Source of the DNA: Candidatus Poribacteria bacterium
GTDB lineage: Bacteria; Poribacteria; WGA-4E; WGA-3G
DNA length: 64,000 nucleotides
Direction of reading: 5' to 3'
NCBI GenBank assembly: GCA_963663765.2
Contig: CAXXUA010000015.1
Coordinates: forward strand, 1-64,000
Shown here piece after piece: positions 10,901 to 20,949 of the stretch (position 1 is its first letter; each line of letters starts with the position of its first letter). The notes beneath the pieces were generated by a model. That model saw only the letters and a list, made by a program, of their open reading frames with translations. It made no database searches and had not been told where the DNA came from. The position numbers and the translations under genes were made by a program.

Positions 10901-13900
10901 CACGTTTGTTGATACAACTGGAACAGGATTAGCATTAGGTGATGGAGAATCAAGCATTGTTGTATTGAGTGAATCTGGTATAACAGTCCCGGGTCTAACA
11001 ACACCGAAGAACGACAATCAATTGGCCTGGCAACCGATAGCGTTACCGAATGATGGAAGTGCTGATGGCCAATATATTGTTTCAGTAACACCAGTAGATA
11101 AAGCTGGTCGTTCGGGTAATGTTGCAATACGTTCGTTCATATTTGATACGCAATCACCCCGAATATCAGATGCTGCCCCTGTAACACTACATCAACCAAT
11201 TTCATATATTGGTGGGAGTTTATCCCAATTTCAGTTTACCGTAGAAGATGTTGGTCCAGCAATGCTAAACTTAGACAGTCAAACCATCGGATTAAAGAAT
11301 AAGAATGACGAACCGGTTGCGGGACAAGTAACAAATGACGGTACCAACCAATTATTTTTTACACTTACATCAGCATTACCGACAGACGGTACTGCGGATG
11401 GTGAATATATCTTGACGGTTGATCTTGAAGACAAGGCTGGAAATAGTTATCAGTCTGAACATAAAATACTATACGACTCACAAACACCACAACTGACTTC
11501 TGTTTCTCTGAATACTGATGTTCCCTTAGATCTCACTCCATATCAAGTTACTAATCTAACCGAATCAATCAATCAATTGGCTCTCAATTTTAGTGAATTG
11601 TCGCAAATAGATTTTGCAAATACACAGATAACATTAATGGGACCGGAGGGTGCTGCCGTTCCATTGACATTAGAGAACAACGGTAGAGACCAGATCGTTG
11701 TCAGATTTGTCACATTATCTCAAGGTGGTTTGTATACGTTGTCCATTACACCGCAAGATATAGTTGGAAATGTTATACAAGGTGCAATCCCGTATCCATT
11801 CAGACTGATGATAGAAGTACCAGAGTTAAGTTCTGTAATAGCAAATTCAGTTGATGACTCTTTTGAACTCACTTCATATCAAATTACTGATATTTCTAAT
11901 TCTATCGGTAGCCTAACGGTTTCATTTTCAGATGGAGCTCGTGTTGACTTTGAAAACACAAACATAATTCTGATTGGTCCTGATGGGCAAGAAATTTCTG
12001 TTACACAAGAAGAAATAGAAGACTCCCAATTATTTGTTCTCTTCGTTCCATTAACGCAAAGTGGTCTATACGCACTTATTGTTACGCCTCATGATACAAT
12101 TGGAAACGTTGCACAAAGAAGTATACGATACCAGTTTAGACTTGATATTGCTCTTCCAAAGGTTAGTTCTGTTCTCATTGGTGGTAGACTTGGTACTAAT
12201 GTCTATGTAAATAGTGCTGATACCAATATCGTTGTTACGTTTACAGACACTTCAGGGGTAGGTTTAGCGTTAGGTGACGGTGGATCAGAAATTAGTGTTA
12301 ATAGTGAAGACGGTTCTGTAGTTTCTGGTATAACTACTTCCAGCGGAACTAATCAGTTAACTTGGACACCCTCTGTCCTACCTACTGATGGTAGTGCTGA
12401 TGGACGTTATACGGTTACCATAACACCTATTGATAAAGTTGGACGTACTGGTGCAGTTGTGAATAGACACTTTATTTACGATACTCAGGAACCTCGTATA
12501 TCAGCTGCAACACCCGTAACACTACATCAACCCATATCTTATGTTGGGGGAAGTTTGACACAGTTTGTGTTTACAGTAGAAGACGTTGGTCCTGCTTTAC
12601 TTGATCTTGATATGCAATCAATTTCTCTTGAGAAAGAGAGTGGTGATGTTGTAGCTGGCACGATCACTGATGATGACACAAATCAACTCTTCTATACACT
12701 CTCAACACCGTTGCCTACAGATGGTAGTTCTGACGGTTCATACATTTTAAATGTAAATCTAATAGATAAAGCAGGTAACCGTAAGCATGTTCAACACAAC
12801 ATTATCTACGACTCACAAACACCTCAAATAGTTTCTGTTACTCTGAATACTGATTCATCCTTAAACCTTACACCTTATGAAGTAACTGAACTTTCAGAAA
12901 CTATCAACAAACTGACAGTGAGTTTTGATGAATTGACTCGTGTAGACTTCGCGAATACGGTGGTTACACTAACAAGTCCAGATGATGTAGCTATTCCATT
13001 AACTTTACAAAACAATGGAACTGATGTATTATCTGCCAGTTTCGTGTCTTTAGCACAAAGTGGTATGTACTTGTTATCAGTTACACCACAAGATATTATT
13101 GGTAATGTTGTACAAGGTGCAGTCCAGTATCCATTTAGATTGAAGTTTGCTACACCAAATATAGAGTCGGTGAAAGCCAACGGTCAAGATACATCCTTTG
13201 ATCTTTCTGCGTATCAGACAACAGAAATATCTGATACTATCAATAGCTTGACTGTGTCTTTCACAGATGCGATGCGAGTTGACTATGAAAACACGCAAGT
13301 CACGCTACAAGGGATTGATGGACAAGAGATACCGGTCACACTTGAAGGTGAAACGGGTTCAGATTTAGTTGTGCGTTTTGTATCTTTGACGCAAAGCGGA
13401 GAGTATTCATTGTCTGTGAGAGTGCAAGACACATCAGGTATTGTTGCAAAAGGGGCAATCCAATATCCATTTAGATTGAAGTTTGCTACACCAAATATAG
13501 AGTCGGTGAAAGCCAACGGTCAAGATGCATCCTTTGATCTTTCTGCGTATCAGACAACAGAAATATCTGATGCTATCAATAGTTTGAGTGTATCGTTCAC
13601 AGATGCGATGCGAGTTGACTATGAAAACATGCAAGTCACGCTACAAGGGATTGATGGACAAGAGATACCGGTCACACTTGAAGGTGAAACGGGTTCAGAT
13701 TTAGTTGTGCGTTTTGTATCTTTGACGCAAAGCGGAGAGTATACCCTATTAGTGAGGGTACAGGACACATCAGGTAATGTTGCACAAGGTGCAGTCCAGT
13801 ATCCATTTAGATTGAAGTTTGCTACACCAAATATAGAGTCGGTGAAAGCCAACAGTCAGGATACATCCTTTGATCTTTCTGCGTATCAGACAACAGAAAT

Positions 13901-16900
13901 ATCTGATACTATCAATAGCTTGACTGTGTCTTTCACAGATGCGATGCGAGTTGACTATGAAAACACGCAAATCACGCTGCGAGGGATTGATGGACAAGAG
14001 ATACCGGTCACACTTGAAGGTGAAACGGGTTCAGATTTAGTTGTGCGTTTTGTATCTTTGACGCAAAGCGGAGAGTATTCATTGTCTGTGAGAGTGCAAG
14101 ACACATCAGGTAATGTTGCACAAGGTGCAGTCCAGTATCCATTTAGATTGAAGTTTGCTACACCAAATTTAGAGTCGGTGAAAGCCAACGGTCAAGATAC
14201 ATCCTTTGATCTTTCTGCGTATCAGACTACAGAAATATCTGATGCTATCAATAGTTTGAGTGTTTCGTTCACAGATGCGATGCGCGTAGACTATGAAAAC
14301 ACGCAAGTCACGCTGCGGGGTATTGATGGACAAGAGATACCTGTGACACTTGAAGGTGAAGCGGGTTCAGATTTAGTCGTGCGTTTTATCTCCTTGTCGC
14401 AAAGCGGAGAGTATACCCTATCAGTGAGGGTACAGGACACATCAGGTAATGTTGCACAAGGTGCAGTCCAGTATCCATTTAGATTGAAGTTTACTACACC
14501 AAATTTAGAGTCGGTGAAAGCCAACGGTCAAGATACATCCTTTAATCTTTCTGCGTATCAGACAACAGAAATATCTGATACTATCAATAGCTTGACTGTG
14601 TCTTTCATGGATGCGATGCGCGTTGACTATGAAAATACGCAAGTCACGCTGCGGGGTATTGATGGACAAGAGATACCGGTCACACTTGAAGGTGAAACGG
14701 GTTCAGATTTAGTTGTGCGTTTTGTATCTTTGACGCAAAGCGGAGAGTATACCCTATCAGTGAGGGTTCAGGACACATCAGGTAATGTTGCACAAGGTGC
14801 AGTCCAGTATCCATTTAGATTGAAGTTTGCTACACCAAATTTAGAGTCGGTGAAAGCCAACGGTCAAGATACATCCTTTGATCTTTCTGCGTATCAGACA
14901 ACAGAAATATCTGATACTATCAATAGCTTGACTGTGTCTTTCACGGATGCGATGCGCGTAGACTATGAAAATACGCAAGTCACGCTGCGGGGTATTGATG
15001 GACAAGAGATACCGGTCACACTTGAAGGTGAAACGGGTTCAGATTTAGTTGTGCGTTTTGTATCTTTGACGCAAAGCGGAGAGTATACCCTATCAGTGAG
15101 GGTACAGGACACATCAGGCAATGTTGCACAAGGTGCAGTCCAGTATCCATTCAGATTGAAGTTTGCTACACCAAATTTAGAGTCGGTGAAAGCCAACGGT
15201 CAAGATACATCCTTTGATCTTTCTGCGTATCAGACTACAGAAATATCTGATGCTATCAATAGTTTGACTGTGTCTTTCACAGATGCGATGCGAGTTGACT
15301 ATGAAAACACGCAAGTCACGCTGCAGGGTATTGATGGACAAGAGATACCCGTGACACTTGAAGGTGAAGCGGGTTCAGATTTAGTTGTGCGTTTTATCTC
15401 CTTGTCGCAAAACGGAGAGTATACCCTATCAGTGAGGGTTCAGGACACATCAGGTAATATTGCACAAGGTGCAGTCCAGTATCCATTTAGATTGAAGTTT
15501 GCTACACCAAATATAAAGTCGGTGAAAGCCATCAGTCAAGACACATCCTTTGATCTTTCTGCGTATCAGACAACAGAAATATCTGATGCTATCAATAGTT
15601 TGAGTGTTTCGTTCACAGATGCGATGCGCGTTGACTATGAAAACACGCAAGTCACGCTGCGGGGTATTGATGGACAAGAGATCCCGGTCACACTTGAAGG
15701 TGAAACGGGTTCAGATTTAGTTGTGCGTTTTGTATCACTGACGCAAAGCGGAGAGTATACCCTATCAGTGAGGGTTCAGGACACATCAGGTAATATTGCA
15801 CAAGGTGCAGTCCAGTATCCATTTAGATTGAAGTTTGCTACACCAAATTTAGAGTCGGTGAAAGCCAACGGTCAAGATACATCCTTTGATCTTTCTGCGT
15901 ATCAGACAACAGAAATATCTGATGCTATCAATAGTTTGAGTGTTTCGTTCACAGATGCGATGCGCGTTGACTATGAAAACACGCAAGTCACGCTGCGGGG
16001 TATTGATGGACAAGAGATCCCGGTCACACTTGAAGGTGAAACGGGTTCAGATTTAGTTGTGCGTTTTGTATCACTGACGCAAAGCGGAGAGTATACCCTA
16101 TCAGTGAGGGTTCAGGACACATCAGGTAATATTGCACAAGGTGCAGTCCAGTATCCATTTAGATTGAAGTTTGCTACACCAAATTTAGAGTCGGTGAAAG
16201 CCAACGGTCAAGATACATCCTTTGATCTTTCTGCGTATCAGACAACAGAAATATCTGATGCTATCAATAGTTTGACTGTGTCTTTCACAGATGCGATGCG
16301 CGTAGACTATGAAAACACACTAGTCACGCTGCGGGGTATTGATGGACAAGAGATCCCGGTCACACTTGAAGGTGAAACGGGTTCAGATTTAGTTGTGCGT
16401 TTTGTATCACTGACGCAAAGCGGAGAGTATACCCTATCAGTGAGGGTTCAGGACACATCAGGTAATGTTGCACAAGGTGCAGTCCAGTATCCATTTAGAT
16501 TGAAGTTTGCTACACCAAATTTAGAGTCGGTGAAAGCCAACGGTCAAGATACATCCTTTGATCTTTCTGCGTATCAGACTACAGAAATATCTGATGCTAT
16601 CAATAGTTTGAGTGTTTCGTTCACAGATGCGATGCGCGTTGACTATGAAAACACGCAAGTCACGCTGCGAGGTATTGATGGACAAGAGATCCCGGTCACA
16701 CTTGAAGGTGAAACGGGTTCAGATTTAGTTGTGCGTTTTGTATCACTGACGCAAAGCGGAGAGTATACCCTATCAGTGAGGGTTCAGGACACATCAGGTA
16801 ATGTTGCACAAGGTGCAGTCCAGTATCCATTTAGATTGAAGTTTGTGGTGCCTGGAATAGCATCGGTAAAAGCAAATACAGCCGATTCCTCTATGAATCT

Positions 16901-19900
16901 TATTCAACACCAGATAACTGAACTATCAGAATCTATTAATAGTCTTACGCTTGAGTTCACTGATGCTATGCAAGTAGACTTTGATAACACCGTTGTCACT
17001 TTAACAGGTCCAAATGAAGAAAATATTGGTCTTACACTTGAAGAAAATGACGATCTTCTGCTGATAGTTCATTTTATTCCATTGACACAAAACGGTAATT
17101 ACACGCTTTCTGTTACTCCTCAGGATAAAGCAGGAAATGTAACGACACAATCTATTCAGTACCAGTTCAAACTGGATATGACACTTCCATCAGTAAGTTC
17201 TGTCGTTATTGATGGAAAATTTGGTTCAACCGTATATGTACGAAGTTCAATCCCAAGAATAGTTGCTACTATTACAGATCCTATCGGTGTCGGCGTGACA
17301 TTTGGAGATGGCGGATCTTCAATTGTAGTAAGAAATTCGGGAGGGGATCAAATTGATGGTACTATCACTTCAAACGGTACAGATCAGTTAATATGGACTC
17401 CAATCCCATTACTTACAGATGGCACTGCAGATGGAATATACACAGTTGCAATCACACCTATGGATAAAGCAGGACGTTCAGGTACAGTTGTAACACGTCA
17501 GTTTATTTTTGATACACAAGCACCACGGATAACATCAGCAAGTCCCGTGACCCTGCATGCACCTACTTCGTATATAGGAGGCGGCTTGACTCAATTCGTC
17601 TTGACTATAGAGGATGCAGGACCCGCTGGTTTGATATATAGTTCTCAAGTAGTTGCTTTGTTAGATGGAAATGAAAAACCTGTTCCTGCGGCACTGACAC
17701 ATGATGAACTTACAAATCAACTATATCTTACCTTAAACAAACCTTTTGCAAGTGATGGAAGCGAAGATGGTCCGTACACGCTACATGTATTATTGATTGA
17801 CAAGGCAGGTAATCAACTAACGTCTCAATTCACACTTGTGTACGATTCAATAGTTCCAATCATATCCTCTGTGGAGGTAAATACTGCCGGTAATCCAACA
17901 GCACTTAGTCAGAATGAAGTAGCGGATCTCTCTGAATCTGTTGATACAATTACGATTAAGTTTGATGAAGCAACACGCGTTAACTTCGCGAATACCACTG
18001 TATCACTCCTTGATCCAGACGACTTAACCGTCCCGCTTTCCGTAGGAAATGATGGTGTATCTCAAATGACATTAAGATTTGTTGAATTGACCAAAATCGG
18101 TCAATATACATTGTCTGTGACTCCCCAAGATATTGCTGGAAATGTAAGACGAAGTCCGAATCAATACGCATTTAATCTTGAGTTTATTCTACCTGATGTT
18201 GAATCTGTCGTTATCGGTGATACAATTACGCTTGGTAGCGGGGACATCGCCTATGTCAATGCAGAGAATATAGTGATAGTAGCAAACTTGCTTGATCCAG
18301 CAGATACAGGATTGTCATTTGATAGTCTAACCGGTTCAGACATCTTAGTTGCTACACTTGATGGAATTATTGTTCCAGGTTCAATTGCAACAAATGGTAA
18401 GGACGTACTCGCTTGGAGTCCTTTGACGTTGTCAAGTGATGGGAGTTCTGATGGTAGATATGCAGTATATGTTACACCCGTAGACAAACAGGGGCGTGAA
18501 GGGAGTACAATCTACCGTGAATTCATATATGATACACAAACTCCAGAAATTACAAGCGCTTCACCCATAAATCTTAGTCAACCGGTATCGTATATCAGTG
18601 CAAGTCTAACGCAACTTCAATTCACACTTCAGGATGTTGGTCCTGCTGACTTAACACTTGCAGATCAAGTTGTTAGACTTCGTAATCAAAGTGGTGGAAT
18701 AATACCAACCAAACTGACTAATGATACAAACAATCAACTTTACCTTACATTGGATCAACCCCTGCCTCTTGATGGAAGTCAAGATGGCAATTACACAGTA
18801 GAAATAGAATTATCAGACAAAGCTGGAAATGTTCTCACATTGAATCACCCCATAGTCTATGATACTCAGGCACCAACTGTCGTCAGTACCGTTCCTGAAG
18901 ATGGTGCACTTCTTACCGAAGACATCACACAGTTTCAGGTTAATCTGAATGATGAAGGTGGAAGCGGCATTGATTGGGATGTAACTTCTGCAATTCTTGT
19001 TGATCCAAATGGAGTTGAAATTTCTGGTGAACTCTCCAGTAATGGTACAACACAGTTGACGTTAAGGACAAATCAGCTCGTTGCGGATGGACGTTATATT
19101 ATTCGTGTTCAGGCAGTTGATAGGGCAGGGAACGGCAGTAGTTCCGTTTTTGATCGTAGTTTCCTATTGTCCAGACGGCTTCCTGCAGTTATCTCTACAT
19201 CACCTATTACTGCACCGCAAGACGAAGCATATACAAATGAAGAGATTGAAGAAATTAGAGTCTTACTTGAGACAGCTGATGAAAGACATCTTTCTACAGT
19301 CCGTCTGTTAAATGCTTTAGGACAAGTTATCGCTGGACAACAAAATCGTCAAGAAGATGGTTTAGTCTATACATTGGTTCGTCCGCTTGCAACAGATGGT
19401 TCGGAGGACGGTATCTACACGATTGAGTTCACACCCATAAGTTCATCAGGACGTAGCGGCGAGGTTCAACAACTTACTTTTACTTACGATACACAAATAC
19501 CTGAGATTGAAACTGATGCAATCAACCTAATCGTATCAGAACCAGAAGTAAATAACTCTCTTGTGGAAATCCGAGTGGTTATTACAGATAACGAAGCAGG
19601 TATAGACTGGGAAAATCTTGATGAAGATTGGTTGTCATTTGAAATGCAATCACCCAATGTAACAGACATTGAAGGACAACTTTCTTATGAGTCCGGCGAA
19701 GTAGAAACACTTGTATTTCGTCTTACAGTTCCACTTGCAGACGATGGTTCTGCGGATGGTGAATACAAAATCACTGTTACACCCACAGATAAAGCAGGTA
19801 ATGGAGAGGAAACTTACGAAAAGGTTTTCACCTATGATACAAGTGCACCTATAATCGATCCCAATTCACTGTTAATCAATGATGTGCCTTTACTTATAGA

Positions 19901-20909
19901 TATTGATTTGGAAGATTATCCGAGTGCAATATCTACATCAGGTGGCGTTGTCATTCAAGCGAGTGTTACAGACACTGGATTAGGAGTTAATCTTTCACAA
20001 TCAAGAATAGTAATCACCAATCCAAATGGGCAAGAAGTAACGGGTACAACCCAACAGAACGGCATTGATACGATTGTTTTCAAATCTGATGGACTTAATA
20101 TTGAAGGAATGTACGGAGTACAAATTACAGGAATTGGAAATGATTCTGAACTGCTTGGTTTTGCTCCTAAAGGCTCAATGACTACGACATTCCTATATGA
20201 AACCACATCTCCCACGGCTATTGTAACAAACGACGGTGGTAAGAATGAATTTACCGATGAAGCAATACCATTTGAAGGTACTGCGTCAGATCCAGAAGGA
20301 GTTCGGAGAGCTGGCGGTGCGCAAGGTGGTGACGGAGAGATACCCATACCTGCATCAGGCGTCAAGTTTGTTGAGATCGTTGGTACTGGTCCGGATGGAC
20401 AACCAATTGAACCTATGCTTGCTACGGATGAAAGCAATGCACAACAGCCCGCGTGGAGTATGTGGTCTGTTGACTTCTTACCAACAAGTTCAGGTGAATA
20501 CGATTTGGACATTCGCGTCACGGACAATGCTGGGAACTCATCTGAGTATGATATTGGTGAATATACGATGTCTGTATCCTTCTCATTCAAAGGAAAAACA
20601 TTCGGTTGGCCAAATCCACTTAGACATTCAAAGAACGATGTAGCGTATATATCCTTTGACTTAAATACAGCTACAGATGAAACCGTAGAAGTGACACTCT
20701 ACATTTATGATTGGGGTGGAGACCTTGTGTATTCTAAAACCCATGCCAATGTTACAGTTGGTGAACGAAATGATGCAGAGATTAAATGGAATTTGGATAA
20801 TCAAGCTGGAACGCCAGTAGCACGCGGCATTTATGTGTTCCGTTTAGAAGCAACCAATGCAACAGGGAATAGTGCAAACGCCGTCGGAAAATTACTTGTC
20901 GTTGACTAA
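7977..20909 (+). CDS. Giant (4310 aa) secreted Ig-like repeat surface protein with FlgD-Ig-like domains and a T9SS-like C-terminal domain
   Basis: N-terminal hydrophobic signal; dozens of beta-sandwich repeats ending DxAGN...DTxxP; C-terminus WPNP...IYDxxGxLV...WNLDNQAGTPVARGIYVFRLEA...GKLLVVD. Confidence 0.88.
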   Translation: MSKFINSFVQSYFSKEANSSFYFIWSSFIIFLLIVSLFVLQPNAWAGLSSLTVDANGDAVFNGADDGDKLTITFTTDDFGEEDQEYKYEIKLDDGRVITMGPDVDNGQTLSNNQTVQYIWDGTLQESQNNRLPDGTYTIQVVLIPVEPSTELPGEILELTAIVTIDSTPPVIAINFEEAQFSPLLYSLPIYYDLNEDVTDAWLEVQKSPNDTTVGRAIELETTSGSHIYYWNGGDATHEVFSDGQYTLRIRAIDKSGNETVTNKTSVITIDTEEPRITEITFNGSTSITEGKFINDVIESISFTADDPGGTGVNLNSSDTEILIRPVGGNYITGVLSIGNNATLTISDPLDERAENGEYDVIVFVSDNVGNLAMKSIRFTFDNTVPVLKSVATNNGEFTPSSSLRGRTNFVEATLEDNTELNLTTSTIRVIDPNGSSVLGQQSSPDTNIIRWEFLSPLLADDGLQDGIYNIEIVGGDKAGNRTDPIQISFRFDNLAPDIEMLSSTRDGNPFTSIGNRIYHSLPLNQFVVTYNDGESGSGIAFSGVEEISSVFFAKSNPDGSITEISGDAFQDTRNGVLTYILSDPLLNTDGSQDGIYRLNVKAADTIGNIKTTSYQFIFDTQVPTLSSTVPAANATLDNLSEVVVNLTEVTSGIDFVQSLFLLSRVAGETQVEVPVNVTGNGKDQARLKLLEPMALDGSDDGTYVIEITPIDLAGNVGAVVRRQFYLVSQTQPQVRLTTPTMGTVNSLGDITVEIANYIGSGINYDLSTVVVRNPDGTNIQQSQVDSDPANNQLTWRTEATIPRNGTADGEYTITASIRDFSGEVFLGNFSVVLDTQFPSIDRVNALTDPQQQLSISSTTDINDTFSQINVEFDSSDVDFESTLVTLSAPDTTEIVLHRRHDGGSNLTLNFQNLVDLGTYTLTITSSDIAGNVSDPPYIFRFNLEIDVPVVSTVLIGGKTAPIVYVNGSNPEIIATFVDTTGTGLALGDGESSIVVLSESGITVPGLTTPKNDNQLAWQPIALPNDGSADGQYIVSVTPVDKAGRSGNVAIRSFIFDTQSPRISDAAPVTLHQPISYIGGSLSQFQFTVEDVGPAMLNLDSQTIGLKNKNDEPVAGQVTNDGTNQLFFTLTSALPTDGTADGEYILTVDLEDKAGNSYQSEHKILYDSQTPQLTSVSLNTDVPLDLTPYQVTNLTESINQLALNFSELSQIDFANTQITLMGPEGAAVPLTLENNGRDQIVVRFVTLSQGGLYTLSITPQDIVGNVIQGAIPYPFRLMIEVPELSSVIANSVDDSFELTSYQITDISNSIGSLTVSFSDGARVDFENTNIILIGPDGQEISVTQEEIEDSQLFVLFVPLTQSGLYALIVTPHDTIGNVAQRSIRYQFRLDIALPKVSSVLIGGRLGTNVYVNSADTNIVVTFTDTSGVGLALGDGGSEISVNSEDGSVVSGITTSSGTNQLTWTPSVLPTDGSADGRYTVTITPIDKVGRTGAVVNRHFIYDTQEPRISAATPVTLHQPISYVGGSLTQFVFTVEDVGPALLDLDMQSISLEKESGDVVAGTITDDDTNQLFYTLSTPLPTDGSSDGSYILNVNLIDKAGNRKHVQHNIIYDSQTPQIVSVTLNTDSSLNLTPYEVTELSETINKLTVSFDELTRVDFANTVVTLTSPDDVAIPLTLQNNGTDVLSASFVSLAQSGMYLLSVTPQDIIGNVVQGAVQYPFRLKFATPNIESVKANGQDTSFDLSAYQTTEISDTINSLTVSFTDAMRVDYENTQVTLQGIDGQEIPVTLEGETGSDLVVRFVSLTQSGEYSLSVRVQDTSGIVAKGAIQYPFRLKFATPNIESVKANGQDASFDLSAYQTTEISDAINSLSVSFTDAMRVDYENMQVTLQGIDGQEIPVTLEGETGSDLVVRFVSLTQSGEYTLLVRVQDTSGNVAQGAVQYPFRLKFATPNIESVKANSQDTSFDLSAYQTTEISDTINSLTVSFTDAMRVDYENTQITLRGIDGQEIPVTLEGETGSDLVVRFVSLTQSGEYSLSVRVQDTSGNVAQGAVQYPFRLKFATPNLESVKANGQDTSFDLSAYQTTEISDAINSLSVSFTDAMRVDYENTQVTLRGIDGQEIPVTLEGEAGSDLVVRFISLSQSGEYTLSVRVQDTSGNVAQGAVQYPFRLKFTTPNLESVKANGQDTSFNLSAYQTTEISDTINSLTVSFMDAMRVDYENTQVTLRGIDGQEIPVTLEGETGSDLVVRFVSLTQSGEYTLSVRVQDTSGNVAQGAVQYPFRLKFATPNLESVKANGQDTSFDLSAYQTTEISDTINSLTVSFTDAMRVDYENTQVTLRGIDGQEIPVTLEGETGSDLVVRFVSLTQSGEYTLSVRVQDTSGNVAQGAVQYPFRLKFATPNLESVKANGQDTSFDLSAYQTTEISDAINSLTVSFTDAMRVDYENTQVTLQGIDGQEIPVTLEGEAGSDLVVRFISLSQNGEYTLSVRVQDTSGNIAQGAVQYPFRLKFATPNIKSVKAISQDTSFDLSAYQTTEISDAINSLSVSFTDAMRVDYENTQVTLRGIDGQEIPVTLEGETGSDLVVRFVSLTQSGEYTLSVRVQDTSGNIAQGAVQYPFRLKFATPNLESVKANGQDTSFDLSAYQTTEISDAINSLSVSFTDAMRVDYENTQVTLRGIDGQEIPVTLEGETGSDLVVRFVSLTQSGEYTLSVRVQDTSGNIAQGAVQYPFRLKFATPNLESVKANGQDTSFDLSAYQTTEISDAINSLTVSFTDAMRVDYENTLVTLRGIDGQEIPVTLEGETGSDLVVRFVSLTQSGEYTLSVRVQDTSGNVAQGAVQYPFRLKFATPNLESVKANGQDTSFDLSAYQTTEISDAINSLSVSFTDAMRVDYENTQVTLRGIDGQEIPVTLEGETGSDLVVRFVSLTQSGEYTLSVRVQDTSGNVAQGAVQYPFRLKFVVPGIASVKANTADSSMNLIQHQITELSESINSLTLEFTDAMQVDFDNTVVTLTGPNEENIGLTLEENDDLLLIVHFIPLTQNGNYTLSVTPQDKAGNVTTQSIQYQFKLDMTLPSVSSVVIDGKFGSTVYVRSSIPRIVATITDPIGVGVTFGDGGSSIVVRNSGGDQIDGTITSNGTDQLIWTPIPLLTDGTADGIYTVAITPMDKAGRSGTVVTRQFIFDTQAPRITSASPVTLHAPTSYIGGGLTQFVLTIEDAGPAGLIYSSQVVALLDGNEKPVPAALTHDELTNQLYLTLNKPFASDGSEDGPYTLHVLLIDKAGNQLTSQFTLVYDSIVPIISSVEVNTAGNPTALSQNEVADLSESVDTITIKFDEATRVNFANTTVSLLDPDDLTVPLSVGNDGVSQMTLRFVELTKIGQYTLSVTPQDIAGNVRRSPNQYAFNLEFILPDVESVVIGDTITLGSGDIAYVNAENIVIVANLLDPADTGLSFDSLTGSDILVATLDGIIVPGSIATNGKDVLAWSPLTLSSDGSSDGRYAVYVTPVDKQGREGSTIYREFIYDTQTPEITSASPINLSQPVSYISASLTQLQFTLQDVGPADLTLADQVVRLRNQSGGIIPTKLTNDTNNQLYLTLDQPLPLDGSQDGNYTVEIELSDKAGNVLTLNHPIVYDTQAPTVVSTVPEDGALLTEDITQFQVNLNDEGGSGIDWDVTSAILVDPNGVEISGELSSNGTTQLTLRTNQLVADGRYIIRVQAVDRAGNGSSSVFDRSFLLSRRLPAVISTSPITAPQDEAYTNEEIEEIRVLLETADERHLSTVRLLNALGQVIAGQQNRQEDGLVYTLVRPLATDGSEDGIYTIEFTPISSSGRSGEVQQLTFTYDTQIPEIETDAINLIVSEPEVNNSLVEIRVVITDNEAGIDWENLDEDWLSFEMQSPNVTDIEGQLSYESGEVETLVFRLTVPLADDGSADGEYKITVTPTDKAGNGEETYEKVFTYDTSAPIIDPNSLLINDVPLLIDIDLEDYPSAISTSGGVVIQASVTDTGLGVNLSQSRIVITNPNGQEVTGTTQQNGIDTIVFKSDGLNIEGMYGVQITGIGNDSELLGFAPKGSMTTTFLYETTSPTAIVTNDGGKNEFTDEAIPFEGTASDPEGVRRAGGAQGGDGEIPIPASGVKFVEIVGTGPDGQPIEPMLATDESNAQQPAWSMWSVDFLPTSSGEYDLDIRVTDNAGNSSEYDIGEYTMSVSFSFKGKTFGWPNPLRHSKNDVAYISFDLNTATDETVEVTLYIYDWGGDLVYSKTHANVTVGERNDAEIKWNLDNQAGTPVARGIYVFRLEATNATGNSANAVGKLLVVD
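13101..16845 (+). repeat. 11 tandem near-identical 336-bp (112-aa) intragenic repeats
   Basis: TGAAGTTT(G/A)CTACACC recurs every 336 bp from 13141 to 16501. Confidence 0.95.
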
Positions 20910-20949
20910 GTACTTCAACAAATGGAACAACTGAAAAAGGAGATAAATA

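Noticed and set aside
8966-20643. Many short ORFs within the giant gene, including repeated 77-aa antisense ORFs
   Set aside because: Shadow frames produced by the 336-bp repeat and codon bias; no independent support
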